This document shows positions 1-10,629 of a DNA stretch of 46,705 nucleotides, one piece after another. Location of the stretch: the NCBI GenBank assembly GCA_021811735.1, contig JAJZNK010000035.1, positions 1 to 46,705 of the forward strand. The letters are read 5' to 3'. The first letter of the stretch is position 1, and each line of letters begins with the position of its first letter. The position numbers and the translations under genes are program-made. Below the pieces are notes generated by a model. That model was not told where the DNA came from and made no database searches. It was given only the letters and a program-made list of their open reading frames with translations. This DNA is from Nanobdellota archaeon (GTDB lineage Archaea; Nanobdellota; Nanobdellia; Parvarchaeales; Parvarchaeaceae).

Positions 1-152
1 CGTTAAAAGAAAAGAAAACCTTTTCAAAAAAGTTTCGAAAAGCTATATCCTTTCTTACTCCTGATGAAAGCCGGCGAGAATTTAAAAATGCCATTAATAA
101 ATTAGTATGACAGATAATCTATGTAAGAATAAATTAAATACTAAAATTTACC

Positions 153-1076
153 TTAAACTTTAATAAAGTAGTTCTTAGAGAATATTTTATAGTTGAGGTA
201 CGTACGGTTAGAGATATTCCTTAAATTCCTAATTTTTCCTACTCCTAGTGAATTTCCTCCATTTCCAACGTTTGTTACGGTTAAATCCATCTTGTATATA
301 CCGCTTAAATTACGAAGTACTAGATCTGTATCCTCCTCGCCATTAACAAAGGTTTCATCAAAAACCAAGTTTTTCATTTTAAGGAAATCAGAGTTGATTA
401 TTATGAAGTAAGAAGGCAGTATAAATTTAAAAACTTTCTTGAAAAAGAAACGATTTGAATTGTGTTTTCCACCAACTAAATAATTTAATTTCAGTCTCTT
501 TGATAGTCTACAAAAGAAAAAAACACGCATTATACCCAGATATTTTAATGATAAAAGAGAATAATAAATAAAAGAAAGTTTATTCGATTTGACCAAATAA
601 ACTTCATTTCTTTGAATCGAGTTATTAACTACCTGAACTGGAACAGCCAACTTTACTTTGTTTGGATCTAAGGCCAAAATTTTGGAACGGACAACACTAA
701 TTTTTTCTGTTTTTTGTATATCATCATTACTTAGTACCAACCATTTGGGTTTGTAATTTGATGCGTATTTTAAACCTAAGTTACAACTTCTTGCGTAGTT
801 GAAGAATGGGCCATTACTTTCTACAAACACTATCTGTAACCCTTTAAAAATTTTTTTGCAGTTATTTGCTAACTTACCATTATGATTGGCGGTCGGAATC
901 ACTACGACTATGTCTTTTTTTCCTTTCTGTTCAAATATTCGCATGGGAGCGCTTGGCCTATCTTTCATCCAACTTATTAATTGTTCTGCGTTGTCAAAAT
1001 GGTCATAAAACCGCATAACATCCTCTGGATTTTTGCTGGTAAAAAGCTTATTAAGTTCATCCAATTTCTCTGACAT
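153..1076 (-). CDS. GT-A-like (family 2-like) glycosyltransferase
   Basis: IVVVIPT N-terminal strand, FNYARSCNLG, LSNDD (DxD-like), FDETFVNGEEDTDL; adjacent to dTDP-sugar genes. Confidence 0.7.
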   Translation of the reverse strand: MSEKLDELNKLFTSKNPEDVMRFYDHFDNAEQLISWMKDRPSAPMRIFEQKGKKDIVVVIPTANHNGKLANNCKKIFKGLQIVFVESNGPFFNYARSCNLGLKYASNYKPKWLVLSNDDIQKTEKISVVRSKILALDPNKVKLAVPVQVVNNSIQRNEVYLVKSNKLSFIYYSLLSLKYLGIMRVFFFCRLSKRLKLNYLVGGKHNSNRFFFKKVFKFILPSYFIIINSDFLKMKNLVFDETFVNGEEDTDLVLRNLSGIYKMDLTVTNVGNGGNSLGVGKIRNLRNISNRTYLNYKIFSKNYFIKV

Positions 1077-1120
1077 GGATTAAAAATAGGTTATTTAACT
1101 ATTTAAATATAGGTTATATC

Positions 1121-1687
1121 ATGAGCTTCGAATTTAAAAAATTAGATATTCCAGAAGTCGTACTTATCACCCCAAAATCATTTCAAGATGTGAGAGGATT
1201 CTTTTTAGAGAGCTATAAAAAATCGGAGTTCTGCGCTAATGGAATAGCCGCTGAATTTAAACAGGACAACCACTCTAAATCATCAAAAAACGTTTTAAGA
1301 GGCTTACATTATCAACTAGATCCATATGCGCAAGGCAAAATTGTAAGAGTAATTACTGGAAAGGTGTTTGATGTTGCTGTAGACATCAGAGATGGATCGC
1401 CAACATTCGGAAAATGGGTATCTGCTGAACTATCTGAAGAGAATAAACAGATGCTTTGGATTCCTACGGGATTTGCGCACGGATTTCTTACATTGGAGGA
1501 CAACACAAACGTATTGTACAAGGCCACTGATGAGTATAATAAAGAAAGCGAAGGCGGGATTATATGGAATGACCCAGAGATAGAAATAAAGTGGCCCACC
1601 GATAAACCCATATTATCCGAAAAAGACCTAAAACACCCTTTATTAAAAGATGCAAAAACAAATTTTAAGTACCAGAGAAATGATTGA
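1121..1687 (+). CDS. rfbC: dTDP-4-dehydrorhamnose 3,5-epimerase
   Basis: DVRGFFLESY, QDNHSKS, LRGLHYQ, DVAVDIR, GFAHGF motifs. Confidence 0.97.
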   Translation: MSFEFKKLDIPEVVLITPKSFQDVRGFFLESYKKSEFCANGIAAEFKQDNHSKSSKNVLRGLHYQLDPYAQGKIVRVITGKVFDVAVDIRDGSPTFGKWVSAELSEENKQMLWIPTGFAHGFLTLEDNTNVLYKATDEYNKESEGGIIWNDPEIEIKWPTDKPILSEKDLKHPLLKDAKTNFKYQRND

Positions 1688-1692
1688 TTTAT

Positions 1693-2658
1693 ATGAAAGT
1701 AATAGTTACTGGAGGAGCAGGGTTTATAGGTTCGAATTTTATAATCTATTGGCTTAAAAACTATCCTAATGATCAAGTTGTTAACATTGACAAGCTTACA
1801 TATGCTGCTGACCTAAGAAACTTAAAAGGAACAAATAAAAATTACAGATTCGTAAAAGGAGATATATCAGACAAAAAATTTGTTGAAAAAAACTTTAATG
1901 ACGCTGACATAATAGTAAACTTTGCCGCCGAATCTCATGTTGATAACTCTATAAAAAATTCAGAGAATTTTGTAAAATCTAATATAGTAGGAGTCCACAA
2001 TCTACTTGAAGTCGTGAGAATAAATAATACACGATTCCACCAAATCTCTACGGACGAAGTTTATGGGTCATTACCATTAAAATCCAGCAAAAAATTCAGA
2101 GAAGATTCTAGATATGATCCGAGAAATCCCTACTCTGCGACGAAAGCATCGGCAGACTTCCTAGTAAGAGCATACTATAATACGTATAGAATACCTGCCA
2201 CAATTTCAAACTGTAGCAATAACTACGGACCAAACCAGCATCCTGAGAAGCTTATACCCAAAACAATATTAAACGCTTATCTTGGCAATAAAATAGGAAT
2301 ATACGGAAACGGCAAACAAGTAAGAGATTGGATATATGTAGAGGACCATTGTTCAGCAATAGACAAAATAATAAAAAAGGGCAAAATTGGCGAAACATAT
2401 CTAATTGGAGAAAATGGGGAACAAACAAATATTGATTTAATCAAAAAAATATTGAAATTGATGGGAAAGCCAAACTCACTAATAGAGTTTACAAAAGACA
2501 GACCTGGGCACGATCAAAGATACGCAATAAATGCAAGTAAAATAAAAAAGCAGCTTGGGTGGAAACCAGGATTTACATTCAATGAAGGAATAGCGCTAAC
2601 GATAACACACTACTTAGAAAACAAGAATAAGTATCTACCAAAGGTCGCTCAGAGATGA
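1693..2658 (+). CDS. rfbB: dTDP-glucose 4,6-dehydratase
   Basis: GGAGFIG, DKLTYA, FAAESHVD, STDEVYG, YSATK, NNYGP, DRPGHD; ATG at 1693 preferred over TTG at 1684. Confidence 0.97.
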   Translation: MKVIVTGGAGFIGSNFIIYWLKNYPNDQVVNIDKLTYAADLRNLKGTNKNYRFVKGDISDKKFVEKNFNDADIIVNFAAESHVDNSIKNSENFVKSNIVGVHNLLEVVRINNTRFHQISTDEVYGSLPLKSSKKFREDSRYDPRNPYSATKASADFLVRAYYNTYRIPATISNCSNNYGPNQHPEKLIPKTILNAYLGNKIGIYGNGKQVRDWIYVEDHCSAIDKIIKKGKIGETYLIGENGEQTNIDLIKKILKLMGKPNSLIEFTKDRPGHDQRYAINASKIKKQLGWKPGFTFNEGIALTITHYLENKNKYLPKVAQR

Positions 2659-3503
2659 AAACTTTGGTTATTGGTGGAAGTGGATTTGTAGGTTATTATA
2701 TAAAAAAATACTTCGACTGCCAGGGCACGTCATTAACAGGAAAAGAGGGTTGCCAAAAATTAGACATAACAAGTGAAAGAGATATAGGAGAATTTATAGG
2801 AAAAAATAGACCGGAATTGATAATTAACTCGGCTGCTATGGCAAATGTTGAACTATGTGAAAAAGAAAGTAATAAGTCTATGCTAGTAAATGGACAGGCC
2901 GTTGAATGGCTTGCTAGAAGCGCACAAGAAAACAATGCAAAATTCGTACAAATATCGACCGATTATGTTTTTGACGGTGAAAAGGGAGATTATAATGAGT
3001 TGGATAAACCTAATCCGATAAACCAGTATGGAAAAAGCAAATTAGTTGGGGAAGAAAACGCACTTAGGCACGATGCTATAGTGCTAAGAATAGAAATGCC
3101 TTATGGAATTAACTTTGCAAAGAACAAAAACACATTTTTTGAATCAGCACTAAATAATCTATCAAATGACAAGGAAGTAAACGCTGCTATAGACCAAATA
3201 ATATCACCAACATACGTTGAAGATGTGCCAAAAGCAATAGAAACGTTGATAACTAATAGTAGGACTGGAGTATTTCACCTAGCGTCAAAAGAAAAACTAA
3301 GCCGGTATGATTTTGTAACTCAAATAGCGAGAACTTTTGAATTAAATGCTGATTTAATAAAAAAAGTTAGCTTAGATGATTTTAAATTTGATGCAAAAAG
3401 ACCAAAAAAGACGAGTTTAAATACTGATAAAATATCAGAAATATTTACGATAGATAGTTTAAATAGAAACTTAAGTAAAATTAAAGATATGTATAAAACT
3501 TAG
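2655..3503 (+). CDS. rfbD: dTDP-4-dehydrorhamnose reductase (SDR)
   Basis: GGSGFVG, ISTDYVFDG, YGKSK, DQIISPT; ATGA overlap with rfbB. Confidence 0.92.
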   Translation: MKTLVIGGSGFVGYYIKKYFDCQGTSLTGKEGCQKLDITSERDIGEFIGKNRPELIINSAAMANVELCEKESNKSMLVNGQAVEWLARSAQENNAKFVQISTDYVFDGEKGDYNELDKPNPINQYGKSKLVGEENALRHDAIVLRIEMPYGINFAKNKNTFFESALNNLSNDKEVNAAIDQIISPTYVEDVPKAIETLITNSRTGVFHLASKEKLSRYDFVTQIARTFELNADLIKKVSLDDFKFDAKRPKKTSLNTDKISEIFTIDSLNRNLSKIKDMYKT

Positions 3504-4213
3504 CGATTGAGAAGTTCCTTTATGATATTAGAAGCAGTTATCAAACTATCAAATGTTCCCGCATCCAGCCACGGCTTATTCAAAAAAGCATGGACTAATT
3601 TCCCGTCTTGCAAATATAGATTATTAACGTCAGTTATCTCTAATTCTCCACGTTGAGAAGGCTTTAGTTTATGAATCTTGTCAAACACTGTAGAATCGTA
3701 CTGATATAACCCTGTTACAGCATATTTTGACTTTGGCACTTTGGGCTTTTCCTCGATTTTTATTATTTTATTGTTAGAATCGAACTCTGGGACTCCAAAT
3801 CTCTGAGGATCTGAAACTTCCTTTAGAAATATCTTTGCGCCAATAGTAAAGGATTTTATGGATTCTGATATATCATCCAATATAATATTGTCACCAAGTA
3901 TAACCGTTATATTATCATTGTTTACGAATGCCTCTGAAAGTGCCAGAGCTTGTGCAATCCCTCCTGCCTCATCTTGGAGTGCATAGTGAAAATTCGCTCC
4001 AAACTCTTTACCTGAACCCAAAAGACTTAAAAAATTACCGGCGTGTTCTTTTCCAGTTACAATAATTATATCAGTAATACCTGCCTTTGTAAGGGTCTCA
4101 ATAGGATAATATATCATAGGTTTGTTGTAAACTGGTAAAAGATGTTTATTTGTAACTTTTGTCAGAGGATATAACCTACTTCCAGTGCCACCGGCCAATA
4201 TTACACCTTTCAT
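3500..4213 (-). CDS. rfbA: glucose-1-phosphate thymidylyltransferase (short form)
   Basis: GVILAGGTGSRLYPLT, KHLLPVYNKPMIYYP, EEKP, RGELEITD, WLDAGT. Confidence 0.93.
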   Translation of the reverse strand: MKGVILAGGTGSRLYPLTKVTNKHLLPVYNKPMIYYPIETLTKAGITDIIIVTGKEHAGNFLSLLGSGKEFGANFHYALQDEAGGIAQALALSEAFVNNDNITVILGDNIILDDISESIKSFTIGAKIFLKEVSDPQRFGVPEFDSNNKIIKIEEKPKVPKSKYAVTGLYQYDSTVFDKIHKLKPSQRGELEITDVNNLYLQDGKLVHAFLNKPWLDAGTFDSLITASNIIKELLNR

Positions 4214-4311
4214 TCTGAAATTAGATGAGTTGTATTTAAATAGTTGTAGAACTAACCAATTTTAGTTGATATCGAATCTAGGTAGCCAAAATACAAGTAT
4301 ATCACAATAAG

Positions 4312-5247
4312 ATGGAAACTCACTACAAATTCAAAAAAACTGTAAAACGCTTTCGACGCGTATTTCTAAGTAAGTTAAATAAACGTTACAGAATGGCACA
4401 TTTTCGTGCTACTCCTGTGATATTATATGGAAATAAAAAAATAGTATTTAATAAGACACAAAAAGATTCCGCTATGGCATTGTTAACCGTAGCTAATAAG
4501 TATATGATAGAACTGTCCGATAAAAAACTCACTTATACAACGTGGAAAGTTGAACCAGATAAAGACACCTTCACAGTTCCGAGTAAAATAAGATTTTCGC
4601 TGAATTCTTTAGACCCGATGATTTTTGCGGAAACTTTTATTTATGACATTCATTTTATTGAGCATAATTTGAAGAATAAAATTGTAGTTGAAGGAGGGGC
4701 ATTTGTCGGAGATACTGCATTGTATTATGCAAATAAAGGAGCAAGGGTTTATACTTTCGAACCAAACTCTGTAAATTTCACAAAACTAAAAAATAATATA
4801 AAGCTAAATTCGGTTCTATCAGAAAGAATAACTCCCATAAATGCTGCTATGGGAAAAAATGGTAAACTAAAATTTGAAATAGAAGGATCTGGTGGATCAA
4901 AATCATTGGATGATACAAAAATTCGCAGCAATAAGAACAATTGGGTGGAAACCGAAAGTTATTCTATTGATAAGATTCTATCGGAATACAACATTAAAAA
5001 ACCTTACTTATTACATTTAGATATAAAAGGACAGGAAGAAGAGATAATAAAACAAAAAGGCATAACGAAATTTAAGAGAATACGACTAGAGTATTCGTTT
5101 TATTTGTGGAAGAACAAAGATGTGGCGAATTTGAATTATCTGATTGACAAATTACAAGCGGCTGGATATACTAAAATTAGAATTTTTAAACATAATAATT
5201 TAGAAATTCCACTTGAGATTCACGGAACTATTGACGCTTCCAAGTGA
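4312..5247 (+). CDS. FkbM-family SAM-dependent methyltransferase
   Basis: VEGGAFVGDTALYY, FEPN, LHLDIKGQE (variant of KxDxEGxE). Confidence 0.85.
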   Translation: METHYKFKKTVKRFRRVFLSKLNKRYRMAHFRATPVILYGNKKIVFNKTQKDSAMALLTVANKYMIELSDKKLTYTTWKVEPDKDTFTVPSKIRFSLNSLDPMIFAETFIYDIHFIEHNLKNKIVVEGGAFVGDTALYYANKGARVYTFEPNSVNFTKLKNNIKLNSVLSERITPINAAMGKNGKLKFEIEGSGGSKSLDDTKIRSNKNNWVETESYSIDKILSEYNIKKPYLLHLDIKGQEEEIIKQKGITKFKRIRLEYSFYLWKNKDVANLNYLIDKLQAAGYTKIRIFKHNNLEIPLEIHGTIDASK

Positions 5248-5473
5248 GATAATTTTGTTTTGTAGACACTTTTAAACTATCACTAATGTAATACTACCTA
5301 ATCGAATATCATTGAGATTTATTTGTTCTTGAGTGGATTGAGATATCTTATATACTCATTAAACTCTGACGTAGATTGGCTAACCAAACTAGTTATAGGA
5401 TGTAGTATTAATCTTCAACTCAAAAGTAGAGTCTATTTTTTTACAGTAAATATATCTCAGAAAATTATAAATG

Positions 5474-6880
5474 TTAACTTTCGAGGTATTTTTTCGCTAT
5501 GACATAACCTTTTTTCAGATCCGCTATGAAATATCCATTTTCTTTTATTTTGTCTCTTAGAATATCCGCTTCCGTGAATTTTTTACTTTCTCTGAACTTC
5601 TCTCTTTCATCAGCCATCTGGGTTATCTCCCTTGGTATTTCGTAATCCTTGTAGACTCCGAGGAAACTTTGCATTTTATCGATTCCACCCTTTAAAACTT
5701 TGTATTCGCTGCTATCTATCCTTCCTTTCTCAACCCTTGAATCCGAAAGATCCAGCAGCGCAAAAAATGCCACCAATGCCGAATGTGTATTGAAGTCGTT
5801 GTTTACTGCGGCTTTAAACTCCTCAATAAGCCTTTTCACAGTTTCATTTACCTGTTGCTTTGAAAGTTCATTGTCTTTTTCCGTATATCTCTCGGTCTTC
5901 TCGAGAGATTTCATTGACAAGTCTATCTTTTTAAGCAGGCCCTCGTATTTCTTCAGATTATCGAAAGTGAAATCCAGTCTGTTCCTGTAATTGTTGTCCA
6001 GCACCATTAATCTGAACGACAGCGGATCGAAGCCTCTGCCCTCCAAGTCTTTCAGTGTGTAGAAGTTGCCTAGTGATTTTGACATCTTCTGATTGTTCAC
6101 GAGCAGATGCTCGCAGTGTACCCAGTAATTTACGAATTTCTCTCCTGTGTACGCTTCCGACTGGGCTATCTCGTTCTCATGATGTGGGAACATCAGGTCG
6201 ACTCCCCCGCAGTGGACGTCTATAGTCTTTGCAAGGTGCTTTATCGCCATGGCCGAGCATTCTATGTGCCAGCCGGGCCGTCCCTTCTTTAGTTCTCCAT
6301 CCCAGTAAACCTCTCCATCTTTGGCGTCCCAGTATTTCCATAAAGCGAAATCGGTGGCGCTTTCCTTGTCATATTCATCGCCCTTTATCCTAGAATATTT
6401 CCCGTCAACGGTCATTCCTGACAGCCTGCCGTAGGCTTCGAACGCTGAGACTTTGTAGTATATCCCATCATCGGCTTCGTAGGCGTATCCGGTCTTCAGC
6501 AGCTTCTTTATGATAAGCTGCATCTTGTCGATGTTCTCCGTCGCCTTCGTGAACTTGATGTTCTTTTCGACGTTCAGCTTTTCCAGGTCATCCATGAAAT
6601 ATTTCGTGTAAATGTCAGTGTACTCCTTCAAAGACATCCTGCGTTCTGCCGCACTTTTTATCGTCTTGTCATCCACGTCGGTTATGTTCATTACCTGCTT
6701 TACCTTGTAACCATCCAATTCAAAAGCCCTTTTGACTATATCATAAAATATGAACGTTCTCAGATTGCCTATATGCGCATAGTTGTAGACCGTGGGGCCG
6801 CACGTATACATCGTGACCGTTCCCTCTTTCAAAGCCTTGAATTTTTCCTTTTTCCTTGAAAGCGTATTGAAAAGCTCCAT
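5474..6880 (-). CDS. cysS: cysteine--tRNA ligase
   Basis: YTCGPTVY, HIGN, NITDVDDK, GRPGWHIECSAM, FPHHENE, KMSKS. Confidence 0.99.
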   Translation of the reverse strand: MELFNTLSRKKEKFKALKEGTVTMYTCGPTVYNYAHIGNLRTFIFYDIVKRAFELDGYKVKQVMNITDVDDKTIKSAAERRMSLKEYTDIYTKYFMDDLEKLNVEKNIKFTKATENIDKMQLIIKKLLKTGYAYEADDGIYYKVSAFEAYGRLSGMTVDGKYSRIKGDEYDKESATDFALWKYWDAKDGEVYWDGELKKGRPGWHIECSAMAIKHLAKTIDVHCGGVDLMFPHHENEIAQSEAYTGEKFVNYWVHCEHLLVNNQKMSKSLGNFYTLKDLEGRGFDPLSFRLMVLDNNYRNRLDFTFDNLKKYEGLLKKIDLSMKSLEKTERYTEKDNELSKQQVNETVKRLIEEFKAAVNNDFNTHSALVAFFALLDLSDSRVEKGRIDSSEYKVLKGGIDKMQSFLGVYKDYEIPREITQMADEREKFRESKKFTEADILRDKIKENGYFIADLKKGYVIAKKYLES

Positions 6881-7230
6881 ATAAAGGATAGTTTGCCGAG
6901 GGTTATAAGCATTAAATTAGAATGTGTGATATGGATGTAAAAGCGTACGACACCGCAATCTATTCCGCATCTGGAGAAGATTAACCAAGCGTACTAAAAC
7001 CAAGACATCTATACGTTTTATCCCTATAAGAAACAAAATGCTTACATTTTATTCACCATTGTAACATCTGTAATACGACTGCTGATAATCCTTGCCAGCC
7101 TGTTAATCGTTGAGAGACATGTTACGATATGCTGGGGAAAATTCGCAAAAACCAGAGAAAATGTTGATTGATGTGCAGCACCCGAAAATTTAATTTGGCG
7201 TTTTATGGGAGAATTTAGACATGCAAAAGA

Positions 7231-8556
7231 TTATTTAACATCTAGAAGCCACTTCCACAAAGGAATGAATTTAATTTTTTTATCTTGGATTTTTTCCTCG
7301 TTTTCATAGTCCCAAGTTATGATTAAAAGATTGTTACAATGTATATCTTCAGATGCATTTATTATGCCGGAAATTTCTCTGAGCATTATTTCGTCTCTTG
7401 AGGATGCATAAGTAACCTGTATAAGAGTTGTTACAGCCGGTCCGCTTCTTAATACAAAATCTACTTCACTTTCCTGATTACTCCAATAAAAAATTTCCAA
7501 CAAAGGGTCATAAGTTCGTTTTTCTCTTAATTTTATAAACACTGTATTTTCCATCATGATCCCAAGATCATCAGACATGTAGAATCCCGCTGCCATTCTT
7601 AAACCATTGTCTACGATGTATCCCTTACTTGGATTTCGTAGCTGTTCCTTTAATGAACGTGAAAATTTTGGAATCAAAAAAAGAAGCATCACGTCTTCAA
7701 GCATTCTTATATAATTTATTGCCGTCCTTTTCGTGATTCCCTGTTTTTGTTTATGCATTTTATACACATTTGAAATAGAAAGGAGTTTTGTCATATTTGA
7801 CAAAGAGTACCTTATAAGCTCTTTTATTAGCGGTTTATTACGGACAGAAAACCTTTCGAATATGTCTCTTACAAGTAAAGTATTTAGGTATTCTTGAAGA
7901 AGCCTTATACGCGTTATATCGGTCTTCTCCAAAACCACTCGCGGAAACCCTCCGAACTTCATGTAGTCCTTAAGTAAAGCTTTTATCTTAAACCGCAGTG
8001 CGGTGTACTGAAAATTCCTATCAAGTTTTATATTATTTACAAGTAAAATCTCTTCGAAAGAAAAGGGGAGCATTTCATAACTTAATGTCCTTCCTCTGAG
8101 CGATGAAGCTATCTCCTTGCTTAGTAACTTGGAACTTGAACCAGTTAGGAATATTCTTACCTTTTCCCTATCGTATATCCTCCTGATAGCTATTTCCCAA
8201 TGGTCTATATTCTGTACCTCGTCAAAAAACAAGTAAACTGTATTTTCCTTATTTTCGGGATAAAGTTCATAATATGCTTCCAATAACTGTTCGAAATCTG
8301 ACAGCTGAAACGGCATAAGTCGTTCGTCTTCAAAACTTACGTAAAGAATACGATCTTTTTTTATTTTCTCTTTAGTTATAAGTTCTTCAATCAATTGATA
8401 GAAGTAGTATGTTTTACCACTCTGCCTGGGACCGTATACAGATATTATACTCCTACTGTTCAAATCTACATGAATTATCTTTCGATTTATAATGTCCTTT
8501 GGTAGTTCGCTTTCTTGAAATTCGTTTATTACTAGCTTTGCTTTTTCTTTTTCCAT
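7231..8556 (-). CDS. AAA+ ATPase of the AAA_14/DUF4143 (COG1373-like) type with C-terminal nuclease-like motif
   Basis: Walker A GPRQSGKT, Walker B LFFDEVQ, TGSSS, LRGR, GGFP, DNGL, MEN, EVDFV...IQV. Confidence 0.92.
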   Translation of the reverse strand: MEKEKAKLVINEFQESELPKDIINRKIIHVDLNSRSIISVYGPRQSGKTYYFYQLIEELITKEKIKKDRILYVSFEDERLMPFQLSDFEQLLEAYYELYPENKENTVYLFFDEVQNIDHWEIAIRRIYDREKVRIFLTGSSSKLLSKEIASSLRGRTLSYEMLPFSFEEILLVNNIKLDRNFQYTALRFKIKALLKDYMKFGGFPRVVLEKTDITRIRLLQEYLNTLLVRDIFERFSVRNKPLIKELIRYSLSNMTKLLSISNVYKMHKQKQGITKRTAINYIRMLEDVMLLFLIPKFSRSLKEQLRNPSKGYIVDNGLRMAAGFYMSDDLGIMMENTVFIKLREKRTYDPLLEIFYWSNQESEVDFVLRSGPAVTTLIQVTYASSRDEIMLREISGIINASEDIHCNNLLIITWDYENEEKIQDKKIKFIPLWKWLLDVK

Positions 8557-8613
8557 ATGGTATCATATAAGATACCATAATAAATACTTATTGGTACCCT
8601 ATACAGCACCAAT
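8556..8613. promoter_or_regulatory. two palindromic operator-like sites (TGGT-N12-ACCA) bracketing the TATA region of the AAA+ ATPase gene
   Basis: TATGGTATC-ATATAA-GATACCATA (8556-8579, perfect 9-bp arms) and ATTGGTAC-N8-GCACCAAT (8590-8613). Confidence 0.7.
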
Positions 8614-8957
8614 TCATACAATCCAAAGATATCGAGTAAACCTGTTAAAGTATTTTGAGAAACGAAAGGATCGATTTACGCGTTTGGAATACCGATTGTT
8701 GGTTATAAATATCCATTTGATTGTGATTTGTTGACAAGAAGCGATTAATCGTGAATTGAGATTCGCAAGGTATATACGATTTTATCACTTGGAGTAGTAT
8801 AGGTCTCGTTTGGGAGCGTAAAAGTCTATCTTTGGAGAAACCACTCTGACTGCATAGCAACTGTAAGCCATTATATTTTTAGGGTTTGCCGCAAATTATA
8901 AACATTAAGACAGCCGCGTAATCGGGTGTTAAACGTTATCGAATTGGTTTATAGCTA

Positions 8958-9518
8958 TTATATTCCTATCGTGCTTAAAAACAGCAGCAGAGGGCTTACC
9001 GCGAAGACTAGGTTAAGCACCATGATCACAACCTGCAGTCTCACCTTATATAGCCAGTATGCCATGGCAGAGTATGCTGCTATGGTTAAGGATCCAACCC
9101 CCAAAGCCAAGCCGGTCATCAGGGGATTTGAGCCTGTGTCAAATGCAAATCCCACTGCAAGAAAAACAAATCCGATGCTTCCTACCACACCAATGGGCTC
9201 TTTCTGATAGTAACCTGTCGTTGTCAAGTACGCGATTATTATGGCAGATATCACAAGAGTGACCGTGAGAGCGTACACTGGTGCAAGCTGAAGTATGCTT
9301 GTTATCACCCCTGCTATGGCTATTACCTCCATCGCCTGCACAACTTTCTGCCTGGATGCCGATGCCGACGCAAAGAGTATCAATGCGCCTAGAAAGATTA
9401 GCAGTCTCTGCACCGACGAACCGTAGGGTATCAGGTACACTGAAAGGATTAGTATGACCATTGCAGCCACGGATATATAAAAGAAGAAATCATCAATTCT
9501 TTTCACTCTTCTTTCCAT
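8958..9518 (-). CDS. hypothetical multi-pass membrane protein
   Basis: about 7 hydrophobic segments; ATG at 9518 lies about 25 nt downstream of a TATA-like element at 9541-9548. Confidence 0.75.
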   Translation of the reverse strand: MERRVKRIDDFFFYISVAAMVILILSVYLIPYGSSVQRLLIFLGALILFASASASRQKVVQAMEVIAIAGVITSILQLAPVYALTVTLVISAIIIAYLTTTGYYQKEPIGVVGSIGFVFLAVGFAFDTGSNPLMTGLALGVGSLTIAAYSAMAYWLYKVRLQVVIMVLNLVFAVSPLLLFLSTIGI

Positions 9519-9671
9519 GAGAATAGAGAATGCATCCGATATATAAAATGAACTCCATTTGAAAAACGGGCGAGAAGAAGGCATGTTGCAGGTTATTGTC
9601 CGTTTGAAACAACGCATGCTGCCGCTTTGCAGAAAATCAATATTTTAATACTAGACTATATTATAGTTCAT

Positions 9672-10370
9672 ATGTTATTCGGAAAAAATGGGAGATACTT
9701 GGGGGGCATTTTGTTGTTCGTAGGGCTGCTTCTGTTCGTAGCGGTATTTGCAGGGTTTTCTTCCGGATTTTTCTCGCATTCTTTTGCACAATCGGCGATA
9801 AAGGAGATAGTGAACTATACGGTCTCACAGGACCAGTTGAACAGCGTAATAATCAGCACTAACACCACTGGACTTATAAACACAGTCACGCCTCAGCTAA
9901 ATTCTGAAATATCCAACGTAAACTGTGGGATGGGTTGTATCGCGTCTAGTTATATCGACAGCCTGACTGGCGTTAAAATACCTATGGACAACATTGACCT
10001 TTTCCATTATGAACTCCTCTTTTTAGCAATAGCGATAGCAGGTGCCGTGCTGATGTTCTTTTCCTATAAACAGGAGAAAAAACTAACGGCTATAGGCAAG
10101 AACGTGATATCCTCCTCCATAATATCGATAGTGCTCTTTTACTTGCCGCTTGCTTTCATTTTACCGTTACTCCTCTCGTTCACCGTTTCATCATATTCTG
10201 TTAGGGTTCCGACTGAAGTGTTCTCAGGGTTTACTGCGTCCATATTCACCATCGATGTCATAGTTGTGATTGTCGGTTTGGCGCTCATTATAGCGGGAGC
10301 CATAATCAAAAGAATAAAAAGCAATCCTGTACAAAGCACTGGAACTAAATTGATAATCACGAAAAAATAA
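9672..10370 (+). CDS. hypothetical membrane protein with an extracellular loop
   Basis: N-terminal TM, loop with N-x-S/T sequons and CxxxC, three further TMs, basic tail. Confidence 0.75.
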   Translation: MLFGKNGRYLGGILLFVGLLLFVAVFAGFSSGFFSHSFAQSAIKEIVNYTVSQDQLNSVIISTNTTGLINTVTPQLNSEISNVNCGMGCIASSYIDSLTGVKIPMDNIDLFHYELLFLAIAIAGAVLMFFSYKQEKKLTAIGKNVISSSIISIVLFYLPLAFILPLLLSFTVSSYSVRVPTEVFSGFTASIFTIDVIVVIVGLALIIAGAIIKRIKSNPVQSTGTKLIITKK

Positions 10371-10418
10371 GGTCCTGCAAATGGGATGCGTGAAATTTTC
10401 AAAGAACGGGACATCCTG

Positions 10419-10556
10419 CTAAGTGATCTTCGTAGGATTTGCATTTTCCGTTGCAAATTCAATCTGGGCATTCCTGATGTATATAATGCCGTCAATATTC
10501 ATCATAACCTTTTCAATCTGGTATATCTCAAGGGAGTCTGATTCAGCTTTCGGATA
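10419..10556 (-). pseudogene. gene remnant homologous to 11746-11823 (possibly a decayed PIN-like toxin)
   Basis: reads YPKAESDSLEIYQIEKVMMNIDGIIY and aligns without gaps to YPKAESDFLRVRRTERVVGNTEIIIN; an in-frame stop lies a few codons upstream. Confidence 0.45.
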
Positions 10557-10629
10557 GTGATAACCGTCGTTATTGCGAGTCGAATATTATCGACATGTGA
10601 TAATATAAAATTCACACAATGCTAACTAT

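Noticed and set aside
3480-3503. RfbD ends KDMYKT, resembling the DMYx terminal motif
   Set aside because: Different spacing from the stop in a known enzyme; treated as chance, and a caution for the motif hypothesis
6881-7230. 350-bp gap with tiny ORFs between cysS and the AAA+ gene
   Set aside because: No convincing ORF, repeat or structure by eye; possibly decayed sequence
8614-8957. Intergenic gap containing the 71-aa ORF 8645-8860
   Set aside because: Non-ATG start, no motif and no promoter support
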